Shown here: positions 19,429-27,869 of the stretch, in pieces | How positions within the stretch are numbered: position 1 is the first letter of the stretch | Layout of the letters: each line of letters begins with the position of its first letter | IMG/VR virus record: IMGVR_UViG_3300007734_000737 | Coordinates: 1-61,134 of that record | Reading direction: 5' to 3' (one strand) | Source of the DNA: a virus | Lineage: Duplodnaviria > Caudoviricetes | Length of the DNA: 61,134 bases | Notes under the pieces: model-generated | Told to the model about the DNA's origin: nothing | The model's input: only the letters and a program-made list of their open reading frames with translations | The model's database searches: none | Program-made: the position numbers and the translations under genes

Positions 19429-19944
19429 ATGAGTAATTCAAAAGTACCCATCACGAGAATTGGAAAATTTTTTGGGGCTGAAGATTTTAATTTAGAGTTA
19501 TCATTTGGACAAGAATGGTTACACGGGGATATGAACTTTACATTAGTTCTATATCGTGTTGATAGATATAAGACCAAAACGGACGATGTCTATGGTGAGA
19601 CCGTATCTGATGGTATTAAGTTTTTACCACCGGTTGAATTCAAAGGGTATGTTCAAATTATGGCACCTGAAAACAAATATTTGGGTAATTCTAAAATTGA
19701 CCAAATGGAACCGGGTAATATGAAGGTTTCTGTTTATCAAAGAGATTTAGATGAATTGGAAGTGGAAATTAATTATGGTGATTACATTGGATACTACGAA
19801 ACGGAAGATAAGGTAAGATACTATACCGTGAATAATGATGGAAGAGTGACTTCAGATAACAAACACACAATTGGTGGTTACAAAAGTTTTTACCGAACTA
19901 TTATGGCATCTCCGGTTACAAATAACGAATTTAGAGGGTTATAA
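19429..19944 (+). CDS. Putative head-closure / neck protein (gp14-like)
   Basis: TDDVYGE...KF.PPVE and INYGDYI motifs; lies upstream of the tail terminator and sheath genes. Confidence 0.55.
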   Translation: MSNSKVPITRIGKFFGAEDFNLELSFGQEWLHGDMNFTLVLYRVDRYKTKTDDVYGETVSDGIKFLPPVEFKGYVQIMAPENKYLGNSKIDQMEPGNMKVSVYQRDLDELEVEINYGDYIGYYETEDKVRYYTVNNDGRVTSDNKHTIGGYKSFYRTIMASPVTNNEFRGL

Positions 19945-20390
19945 TGAAAATATTAATTAAAGAAAACCAATATAAGAAACTATTAGAAACTGTCACCAAC
20001 AATGATTTTAAAGAACATATTGGTGATAAGGTTATGGTTTATTATAACTTACATAAACACACCTTTTCAGTAAGGTCTAATGATAGAGTTATTATCCACG
20101 CTGACTATGTTAAGTTGGTTGATGTTGAATTTAGAGTTAGACAAGGTGGAAGAGATAAGGTGTTGAAGGATAAATCAAAAAATGTTCATTCATTTGTTAT
20201 TGGAACTTTAGTGGATTATTGTAGTTATCCTTGTGTAGATATACCAAGCGAACCTAACAACAATATTGTGACTTATAACCCGTATAAGTATAATTCATTT
20301 GTTATGAAAGATACTGAAGAACCAATATACCAAGCGGGTGTAGTAAAAATGATAAATTCTAAGAACAAAATATTTATAACAAAACAATAA
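19944..20390 (+). CDS. Conserved phage hypothetical protein (YNLHK...KNVH...YNPY family) with N-terminal leader
   Basis: VYYNLHKHTFSV, GRDKVLKDKSKNVHSFV and VTYNPYK motifs are recognisable from many phage hypothetical proteins. Confidence 0.6.
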   Translation: MKILIKENQYKKLLETVTNNDFKEHIGDKVMVYYNLHKHTFSVRSNDRVIIHADYVKLVDVEFRVRQGGRDKVLKDKSKNVHSFVIGTLVDYCSYPCVDIPSEPNNNIVTYNPYKYNSFVMKDTEEPIYQAGVVKMINSKNKIFITKQ

Positions 20391-20391
20391 A

Positions 20392-21426
20392 ATGGGTTTA
20401 CCAAGTAAAATAAAGAAAAATTTACCACTAACAGAACCAAAAACTCTTTTACCAAGAAGAAAAGAGTTGTTAGAAAAAATCAATAAAGATGGAACTTATC
20501 TTCCAAAATCTTTATTGCACGCTGACTTAGACAGAGGTTTTTTAGATTTTGTTAAAGATGAATTAAAAGTGGTTGTTGAAGGTAAAACTATTCCGACGGT
20601 AGATATCATTGTTACAACTCAGAATTGGGCCAATTTTACAGAAACTTGGAATTTTCAAAATATAGATAAGAACGCCGAACCCCCATTTATAACAACAATT
20701 AGAAACCCGGAAGTTAAATTTGGTAGTAATCCGGCAGTTTTATACAACATACCAAATAGAAGACAATATTTTTATGCTCAAGCTCCAACTTTTGACGGAC
20801 AACGAAACGGTATGGATGTTTATACAATACCTCAACCGGTACCTGTAGATATTACTTATTCTATTAAAATTATTTGTAATAGAATGAGAGAGTTAAATAA
20901 ACTCAATCAAGTTATTCTTGAAAAATTTGCATCAAGACAAGCTTATGCTGTTATCAAAGGACACTATATTCCAATTGTTATGGGTAATATTACCGATGAA
21001 TCCGTTATGGATGTTGAGAAAAGAAAATACTACATTCAAAGTTATGAATTTACAATGTTGGGATTTTTAATTGACGAAGATGAATTTGAAGTATCTCCTG
21101 CAATAACAAGAGTATTACAAGTTGTTGAGTTTGAAAAAAAGACAACAAGACGTAATAAGAAAAAACCTGTTGAAGAAGGTCCTGGAAGTCAGGCATTATT
21201 TTTAGTTGGTAATACAACACTAACACAATTATTTAGTTATGTTGTTGATATTAAAATTGGAGATATGATAAATGTTAAATCATTTGATGTCTATATAAAT
21301 GACGACTATTACGGTAGTGATTTAGAGTTAATCCAAATTAATTCAGGTGATGTGTTAAGATTAGAAATAGTTAAAAACAATCCATCAATGGAATCAACAA
21401 TTCAATTTATAGATAAGATATTTTAA
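20392..21426 (+). CDS. Tail terminator / sheath stabiliser (T4 gp15-like)
   Basis: PQPVPVDITYSIKIIC...ELNKL and EFTMLGFL motifs; position before the sheath gene. Confidence 0.6.
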   Translation: MGLPSKIKKNLPLTEPKTLLPRRKELLEKINKDGTYLPKSLLHADLDRGFLDFVKDELKVVVEGKTIPTVDIIVTTQNWANFTETWNFQNIDKNAEPPFITTIRNPEVKFGSNPAVLYNIPNRRQYFYAQAPTFDGQRNGMDVYTIPQPVPVDITYSIKIICNRMRELNKLNQVILEKFASRQAYAVIKGHYIPIVMGNITDESVMDVEKRKYYIQSYEFTMLGFLIDEDEFEVSPAITRVLQVVEFEKKTTRRNKKKPVEEGPGSQALFLVGNTTLTQLFSYVVDIKIGDMINVKSFDVYINDDYYGSDLELIQINSGDVLRLEIVKNNPSMESTIQFIDKIF

Positions 21427-21587
21427 TCCTCTCCGTAAACATCTTTTTTAGGTTTACATTTCTCAATAATTAACCTTTCTAAAAACCGATACATTTTTAT
21501 TCCCCTCTTTTCACAGTAGGTTTTAAGAATCTCGTGTGTCTCCACCGATATCTTTAAATTTTTAATCTTTTTGATGTCTTTATCCAT
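21423..21587 (-). CDS. Small ribbon-helix-helix DNA-binding protein
   Basis: MDKDIKKIKNLKISVETHEILKTYCEKRGIKMYRFLERLI; ATG at 21587 preferred over the TTG at 21620; TATTTAT motif upstream on the minus strand (21624-21630). Confidence 0.7.
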   Translation of the reverse strand: MDKDIKKIKNLKISVETHEILKTYCEKRGIKMYRFLERLIIEKCKPKKDVYGED

Positions 21588-21589
21588 AA

Positions 21590-21617
21590 GTAGAAAAAAG
21601 GTAGAAAATAATCTACC
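21590..21617. promoter_or_regulatory. Candidate RHH operator (direct + inverted repeats)
   Basis: GTAGAAAA twice (21590-21597, 21601-21608) and inverted repeat GGTAGA-N6-TCTACC (21600-21617) in the divergent RHH/sheath spacer. Confidence 0.4.
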
Positions 21618-21704
21618 CAAAATATAAATAGTTACGACAAAGTAAAGTATTTTGATTTTTTTTTAATATTTATATATAAATAAAATTATAAACAAGACAA
21701 ACTA

Positions 21705-24700
21705 ATGGCAACAAACAGCAAAGTATTCGTATCTCCTGGGGTATATACTTCCGAAGTTGATTTAAGTTTCGTAGCACAGAGTGTGGGTGTAACCACATTA
21801 GGTATTGTAGGTGAGACACAAAAAGGACCTGCCTTTGAACCTATCTTTATACGTAACTTTGATGAATTTTCAAATTATTTCGGTGGTACTTCTCCTGAAA
21901 AATTTATAAATACACAAATACCGAAGTATGAGGCTTCGTATATCGCAAAAGCTTATTTACAACAATCTAATCAATTGTTTGTTACAAGAATTTTGGGATT
22001 GTCAGGATATGACGCAGGACCATCTTGGTCTTTTAGAACGATAGCAAACGTAGATAAAACAACAGTAGGATTTAAATGTTCAGGAACAACCTACGATTTA
22101 AATTCTTGTACTAATATATGTACAGGATATACTATTTCACCTTTTACTTTCACATTTACAGGATGTAATAGTGGTATTGGAACTGTTGAAATATTATCTG
22201 GAACACCTTCTTTTAATTTAATTACAAATAAAATAAATGATGTATACGAAACATTTAATGGTAGTACATCAAGACTTTTGGATAATATTCAATCTCAAAT
22301 ATTTAATGTTATCTCAACACCAAGTACTTCCGCAACATCCATAAATTATTATGGAACTATTTCAGGTTCTGATTATAACACATTAAGTACAGGATATACA
22401 AATGCAAATAATGTATATGGTATTGATAGTGTAAGTTCTACAAATGCGGATTATACTGATGCAAATAATGACCCTTGGTATTACTCTTTATTTGATAATA
22501 ATAGTGGTTCATATAGTGGTTTCTCATTTTATAATGTAGTTAGTAATTTAACTCAAACATCATCATTATCAAATTGTGCGTCGTTCTATTCATTTTCTAT
22601 GAGTTCTGCGACAGTTTCAAATACTGTTGGTAGCATAAATTATAGTAACAATACAATTAGTGTGGTATTACCAAGTGGAACAACAACAGCGTCTTTATCG
22701 GCATTAACTGTTATGTTCAGTGCTTGTACTACAAATGTTAAAGTTAGTGGTAATACACAATATAGTAGTGGAACAACACAAAACTTCTCAGCGGGAACTA
22801 AACAATATGTTTTAGTGTCTCAAGATAGTGGAACAACAAATAATTGGACAGTAAATGTTTCAATATATAACCCTTGTAATCCTGCAACAACAGGTAATAC
22901 AGGAACTAATAATACTGGAACATTAACAACTTGTTATAGTGGAACAGTAAGTGGTAAAATTTACACATATTCAGGGGTATCATATACTGATTTTGATGAT
23001 ATGGTTATCGCAACACTTCGTTCAAGAGGTATTGCAACATATAGTACAGGTAGTGATGGTCCGGCTTATGAAGTTACAGGATTAAATGATGTATCTATTG
23101 ATTGTACTTCATCAACATATTCAGATATTAAGAAAAATCCATTCGCAGAGTTTGGACTTAATATTACAGATTATAATGGTAATACATTCTTCTTTGAAAC
23201 ATCATTTAGTGAATCTGATTCAAAATATCTTCCAAAAGTGTTTGGTTCTTCTAACTTCGCTAAACCAAGAACAACAGTTCCGGTATTTGTTGAAGAAAGA
23301 TTTCAAGCATTATTAAACTATGGTTATAACAAAGGTTATATTAGAGGTTTAAATTGTACTTTGTTAGCGTTACCAAGAGCTGCAAGTTCAGCTGCTACTA
23401 CATCAATAGCTTACTACTTAGAAAAATATCAAACACCGGTTTCTCCGTGGGTTGTTTCTGAAGTAAGAGGTAATAAAGTATTTGACTTATTTAGATTTGC
23501 AACTATTTCTGATGGTAACGATGCAAATACTGAAGTTAAAATTTCTATTGCGAATATGTCGTTTAATAATTTAACTTTTGATGTATTAGTTAGAGATTTC
23601 TTTGATACTGATAATAATCCAGTGGTTATTGAGAAATTTACTAATTGTTCAATGGACCCTAATGATAATTCATTTATTGCTAATAAAATTGGTACAACTG
23701 ATGGTGAATACCAATTGAATTCAAAATATATTATGGTGGAAATGAATGAAGATGCACCAATTGACACATTACCTTGTGGATTTAAAGGATTTAAATTTAG
23801 ACAATATGGTTCATCAAGGTCTCCATTCCCTATCTATAAAACTAAATATGATTACCCTGGTGAAGTAGTGTTTGACCCACCATTCGGATTAAGTACAGGA
23901 GCTAACGATGCCACATTAAGTCCGGGTGATAATGTTCGTAGAACTTATTTAGGTATTTCTACAGGAAACGGAGCGGGATATGATGTTGATTTCTTCCAAT
24001 ATAAAGGAAAACAACGTCCGATTGATTTATGTTTGGGTGAAGGTTCTGATTGGTTAACATTAACTAAGGGTTATCATATGGATAAAAATGCAAGTGGTAT
24101 TACAATATCAAAAGCATATACAACAAGTGGAACTCCGGCTTATTATGTTGGTAATGCAACATTTACTACTGACCCCGCAGACGAAACAAGTCCTTACTAC
24201 AGAATATACGCTCGTAAATTCTCATTATTAGTTCAAGGTGGTTTTGATGGTTGGGATATCTATAGAGAATCAAGAACTAATACTGACACATTTAAGTTAG
24301 GTAGTAGAGGATTCTTAAATGGAGCTTGTACAAGTATACAATATCCAACGGCTTCAGGTTTTGGTGCATTTAAAAAGATTACTGTTGGAAACAATACTGT
24401 TGATTACGGAAACTCTGATTATTACGCTTATTTATTAGGCCAACAAACGTTTTCAAATCCTGAGGCAGTAAATATTAACTTATTTGTAACACCGGGTATT
24501 GATTATACTAATAACTCTAATTTGGTTGAAAGCGCTATTGAGATGATTGAGTTTAACAGAGCTGACTCATTATATATTTGTACAACTGCTGATAGTGACT
24601 TATTTATTCCAAGTCCTGACCCAACAGCGTTAATTTATCCACAAGAGGCGGTAAATGAATTAGATAATAGAGGTATTGACTCTAACTATACAGCAACTTA

Positions 24701-25301
24701 CTACCCTTGGGTATTAACTAGAGATAGTGTTAATAACACTCAAATCTATTTACCACCTACGGCTGAAGTTACAAGAAACTTGGCTTTAACTGATAACATT
24801 GCATTCCCTTGGTTCGCAGCGGCAGGTTATACAAGAGGTATCGTAAACTCTATCAAAGCGAGAAAGAAACTTACTCAAGAAGATAGAGATGTTCTTTACC
24901 AAGGTCGTATCAATCCAATTGCTACTTTCTCTGATGTAGGAACTGTAATTTGGGGTAACAAAACTCTACAAATTGCTCAATCAGCACTTGATAGAATAAA
25001 TGTTAGAAGATTATTACTTCAAGCTCGTAAATTGATTTCTGCGGTATCGGTAAGATTATTGTTTGAACAAAACGACCAAAAAGTAAGACAAGATTTCTTA
25101 GATGCGGTTAATCCTATCTTAGACGCTATCAGAAGAGATAGAGGTTTATATGATTTCCGAGTTACAGTATCTTCAGATGCTGCTGATTTAGACAGAAATC
25201 AAATGACTGGTAAGATTTACATCAAACCAACCAAATCATTAGAATTTATAGATATTACATTCTATATTACTCCAACAGGAGCTTCTTTTGAGAATATATA
25301 A
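21705..25301 (+). CDS. Contractile tail sheath protein with large insertion domains
   Basis: VSPGVYTSEVD N-terminus, GETQKGP, PWFAAAGYTRG, INPIATF, WGNKTL, RINVRRL and KPTKSLEFIDITF. Confidence 0.97.
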   Translation: MATNSKVFVSPGVYTSEVDLSFVAQSVGVTTLGIVGETQKGPAFEPIFIRNFDEFSNYFGGTSPEKFINTQIPKYEASYIAKAYLQQSNQLFVTRILGLSGYDAGPSWSFRTIANVDKTTVGFKCSGTTYDLNSCTNICTGYTISPFTFTFTGCNSGIGTVEILSGTPSFNLITNKINDVYETFNGSTSRLLDNIQSQIFNVISTPSTSATSINYYGTISGSDYNTLSTGYTNANNVYGIDSVSSTNADYTDANNDPWYYSLFDNNSGSYSGFSFYNVVSNLTQTSSLSNCASFYSFSMSSATVSNTVGSINYSNNTISVVLPSGTTTASLSALTVMFSACTTNVKVSGNTQYSSGTTQNFSAGTKQYVLVSQDSGTTNNWTVNVSIYNPCNPATTGNTGTNNTGTLTTCYSGTVSGKIYTYSGVSYTDFDDMVIATLRSRGIATYSTGSDGPAYEVTGLNDVSIDCTSSTYSDIKKNPFAEFGLNITDYNGNTFFFETSFSESDSKYLPKVFGSSNFAKPRTTVPVFVEERFQALLNYGYNKGYIRGLNCTLLALPRAASSAATTSIAYYLEKYQTPVSPWVVSEVRGNKVFDLFRFATISDGNDANTEVKISIANMSFNNLTFDVLVRDFFDTDNNPVVIEKFTNCSMDPNDNSFIANKIGTTDGEYQLNSKYIMVEMNEDAPIDTLPCGFKGFKFRQYGSSRSPFPIYKTKYDYPGEVVFDPPFGLSTGANDATLSPGDNVRRTYLGISTGNGAGYDVDFFQYKGKQRPIDLCLGEGSDWLTLTKGYHMDKNASGITISKAYTTSGTPAYYVGNATFTTDPADETSPYYRIYARKFSLLVQGGFDGWDIYRESRTNTDTFKLGSRGFLNGACTSIQYPTASGFGAFKKITVGNNTVDYGNSDYYAYLLGQQTFSNPEAVNINLFVTPGIDYTNNSNLVESAIEMIEFNRADSLYICTTADSDLFIPSPDPTALIYPQEAVNELDNRGIDSNYTATYYPWVLTRDSVNNTQIYLPPTAEVTRNLALTDNIAFPWFAAAGYTRGIVNSIKARKKLTQEDRDVLYQGRINPIATFSDVGTVIWGNKTLQIAQSALDRINVRRLLLQARKLISAVSVRLLFEQNDQKVRQDFLDAVNPILDAIRRDRGLYDFRVTVSSDAADLDRNQMTGKIYIKPTKSLEFIDITFYITPTGASFENI

Positions 25302-25307
25302 TAAAAA

Positions 25308-25340
25308 AATTATGACCCATTGTAATAGTGGGTCATAATT
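25308..25340. terminator. Long hairpin after the sheath gene (terminator or processing stem)
   Basis: AATTATGACCCA-ttgtaatag-TGGGTCATAATT, a perfect 12-bp stem. Confidence 0.6.
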
Positions 25341-25358
25341 AAGCCTTAATTTAAGATT

Positions 25359-26177
25359 ATGTTAAAAAATAAAATTGTAGAAGGAATTGATGAGTTTGGT
25401 GCTCCGGATGAAAAGTATTACGCGTTTGATTGGGATGATAACATTGTCTCAATGCCAACTAAAATATTGTTAAAAGACGAAGAAGGAGATACTGTAGGAA
25501 TGTCAACTGAAGATTTTGCAACTTACAGAGAAGAGATTGGTAAAGAACCATTTGAATTTGATGGACATACAATTGTTGGATTTGCTGAAGATGCTTATAA
25601 ATGGTTTGGTGTTAAAGGTGATAAACAATTTATTGTCGATGCTATGACGGCTAAACCGGCAGCAGGTTGGCCTGATTTTGTAGAGGCGATTAATAATGGT
25701 TCAATCTTAGCTATTGTAACTGCAAGAGGACACACACCATCAGTATTAAAAGAAGGTGTTTATAACTATATTGTTTCAAATACGAATGGTATAGATTCTA
25801 ATGAATTGGTTAGAAATTTAGAAAAATATCGTGATTTAGCGGATGAAGAAAATGTATCTAAAAGAGAAATGATTCGTGAATATTTGGATTTATGTAAATT
25901 TTATCCAGTAACTTACGGACAAGGGTCGGCCGCTAAAGTAGAACCATTAAAAAAAATGGCAGTAAGAGAGTTTGTTAATTATGTTAGGGAAATGTCTGAT
26001 TATATTCAGAAAAAAGCTTTCTTAAAAAATAAGATAAGTAATTATTTTGTACCAAAAGTAGGTTTTTCGGATGACGATTTAAAAAACGCGGAAACTATAA
26101 AAAAAGATTTTGAGAACGACCCAGATAATATAGTTACAGTATATTCAACAGCAGGAGGAATTAAAAAAGAATATTAA
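25359..26177 (+). CDS. HAD-superfamily phosphatase-like protein
   Basis: Motif I FDWDDNI, motif II IVTARGH, Lys motif III (LKK), motif IV GFSDDD. Confidence 0.75.
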   Translation: MLKNKIVEGIDEFGAPDEKYYAFDWDDNIVSMPTKILLKDEEGDTVGMSTEDFATYREEIGKEPFEFDGHTIVGFAEDAYKWFGVKGDKQFIVDAMTAKPAAGWPDFVEAINNGSILAIVTARGHTPSVLKEGVYNYIVSNTNGIDSNELVRNLEKYRDLADEENVSKREMIREYLDLCKFYPVTYGQGSAAKVEPLKKMAVREFVNYVREMSDYIQKKAFLKNKISNYFVPKVGFSDDDLKNAETIKKDFENDPDNIVTVYSTAGGIKKEY

Positions 26178-26336
26178 AATAATTATTATAAATAAAAACT
26201 ATTAAATAATTAATTATAATAACTAGGATTTCTAGAATGATAAAAAATTTAATTCTAAAAGTCAAGAGAAAAAAATTTAATAGGTAATATTTATAATAAA
26301 CAAGATAAAAAATAAAAATTAAAAAACAAATAGAAA

Positions 26337-26825
26337 ATGGCTGATTTATTGATGAAAATGCCCATACCGTATGAACCAAAAAGAAAAAACAGGTTTATTG
26401 TACGATTCCCTTCTACTTTAGGGATTAATGAATGGTTCGTAGAAACGGCTGCTAGACCACATATAACAATTAAAGATATTGAGATACCTTTTTTAAACAC
26501 TTCAACTTATGTTGCTGGTCGTTTTACTTGGGGAACAATTCAAGTTAAATTTAGAGACCCTATTGGACCTTCTGCGTCACAAGCTCTTATGGAGTGGGTT
26601 CGTTTATGTGCTGAGTCAGTTACAGGTCGTATGGGATACGCTGCGGGATATAAAAAGAACATTGACCTTGAGATGTTAGACCCAACAGGTGTTGTTGTTG
26701 AAAAATGGATTTTAGAAGGTTCTTTCTTAAGTGATGTTAACTTTGATTCATTAGGTTATAGTGATGATGCAATTGCAAGTATTTCTGCGACAATTCGTAT
26801 GGATAGATGTGTATTAGTTTATTAA
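26337..26825 (+). CDS. Tail tube protein (T4 gp19-like)
   Basis: EPKRKNRF, YVAGRFTW, GYKKNI.LEMLDP.G.VVEKW motifs; 162 aa. Confidence 0.92.
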   Translation: MADLLMKMPIPYEPKRKNRFIVRFPSTLGINEWFVETAARPHITIKDIEIPFLNTSTYVAGRFTWGTIQVKFRDPIGPSASQALMEWVRLCAESVTGRMGYAAGYKKNIDLEMLDPTGVVVEKWILEGSFLSDVNFDSLGYSDDAIASISATIRMDRCVLVY

Positions 26826-26846
26826 TTTCTTAATAACCAAATATAT

Positions 26847-26876
26847 AACCCTACATTTAATTATGTGGGGTTTTTT
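26847..26876 (+). terminator. Rho-independent terminator
   Basis: AACCCTACAT-ttaatt-ATGTGGGGTT-TTTT. Confidence 0.8.
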
Positions 26877-26926
26877 ATTTATATAAAAAAAACATTTCTT
26901 ATTATTTATAATAAAAACAAAAATAT

Positions 26927-27682
26927 ATGGAACAAAATTTAATAGACGCTGGAACGCAAAATTTTAATTTACCACACGATGTGGTTCAACTACCAACCGG
27001 TGGTGTTTTTTACAAATCAAAAAAGAAATCAGTTAAAGTTGGTTATTTAACTGCCAATGATGAAAACTATTTAATTGGTGCTGGTCGTAGTAGTGATAAT
27101 ATAATTTTAAAATTATTAAGAAATAAAGTTTATGAACACGATTTACGCCCTGAAGAATTATTGGATGGTGATGTTGAGGCAATCTTAATATTTTTAAGAA
27201 ATACTTCATTTGGGTCTGAATACAGTATAAATTTAATTGACCCCGCAACAGATAAACCATTTGTTGGGACAATAACTTTAGATGAATTAAATATTAGAAA
27301 AACAGATGTTAAACCTGATGAAGATGGAACATTTACAACTAAATTACCAAGAACCGGTGTTACTGTCAAATTAAGACCAACAACATTTAATGATACTATT
27401 GAATTAGATAAACAAGCTGACCAATATCCTTCAGGATTACAAGCACCAAGAATTACTTGGAAATTACAAAAACATATTGTTGAAATAGATGGTGACCAAG
27501 ATAGGTCAAAAATTGATTTATTTATAAATTCATTACCAATTATGGATTCAAAATACATAAGAAAGTTTTTAAAAGATAATGAGCCGTCATTGGATTTAAA
27601 AAGAAGTGTAATCGCCCCATCAGGAGAATTGGTGTCTTTCGAGATTGCCTTTGGGGTGGACTTTTTTCGTCCTTTCTTCTAA
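26927..27682 (+). CDS. Baseplate hub assembly / tail assembly chaperone (T4 gp26-like)
   Basis: LPTGGVFY, YLTANDE, GDVEAILIFLRNTSFG motifs; position between tube and tape measure. Confidence 0.75.
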   Translation: MEQNLIDAGTQNFNLPHDVVQLPTGGVFYKSKKKSVKVGYLTANDENYLIGAGRSSDNIILKLLRNKVYEHDLRPEELLDGDVEAILIFLRNTSFGSEYSINLIDPATDKPFVGTITLDELNIRKTDVKPDEDGTFTTKLPRTGVTVKLRPTTFNDTIELDKQADQYPSGLQAPRITWKLQKHIVEIDGDQDRSKIDLFINSLPIMDSKYIRKFLKDNEPSLDLKRSVIAPSGELVSFEIAFGVDFFRPFF

Positions 27683-27821
27683 TTACAGACAAGTAATGAT
27701 TGAGGAATATATGTATTTGGCTCAATCACTTCATATATCATATTCGGATTTCCATTCAATGCCGACATATGTTAGAAAATACATATTAAACAGATTAATT
27801 GATAATAATACACCAGACTAG
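27663..27821 (+). CDS. Small gp51-like chaperone ORF in the +1 frame (own ATG at 27696, or a frameshift extension of the upstream chaperone)
   Basis: Hand translation: FFVLSSNYRQVMIEEYMYLAQSLHISYSDFHSMPTYVRKYILNRLIDNNTPD*. The MPxxxRxY motif is typical of gp51/GT-type chaperone tails. Confidence 0.7.
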   Translation, partial: FFVLSSNYRQVMIEEYMYLAQSLHISYSDFHSMPTYVRKYILNRLIDNNTPD

Positions 27822-27869
27822 TTAGTTAAAAACTATGTTTGGTGTATTTATTTATAAACACATTTAATT

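Noticed and set aside
26178-26336. AT-rich spacer as a replication origin or ncRNA
   Set aside because: No iterons or stable structure are visible; it is adequately explained as the tube promoter region.
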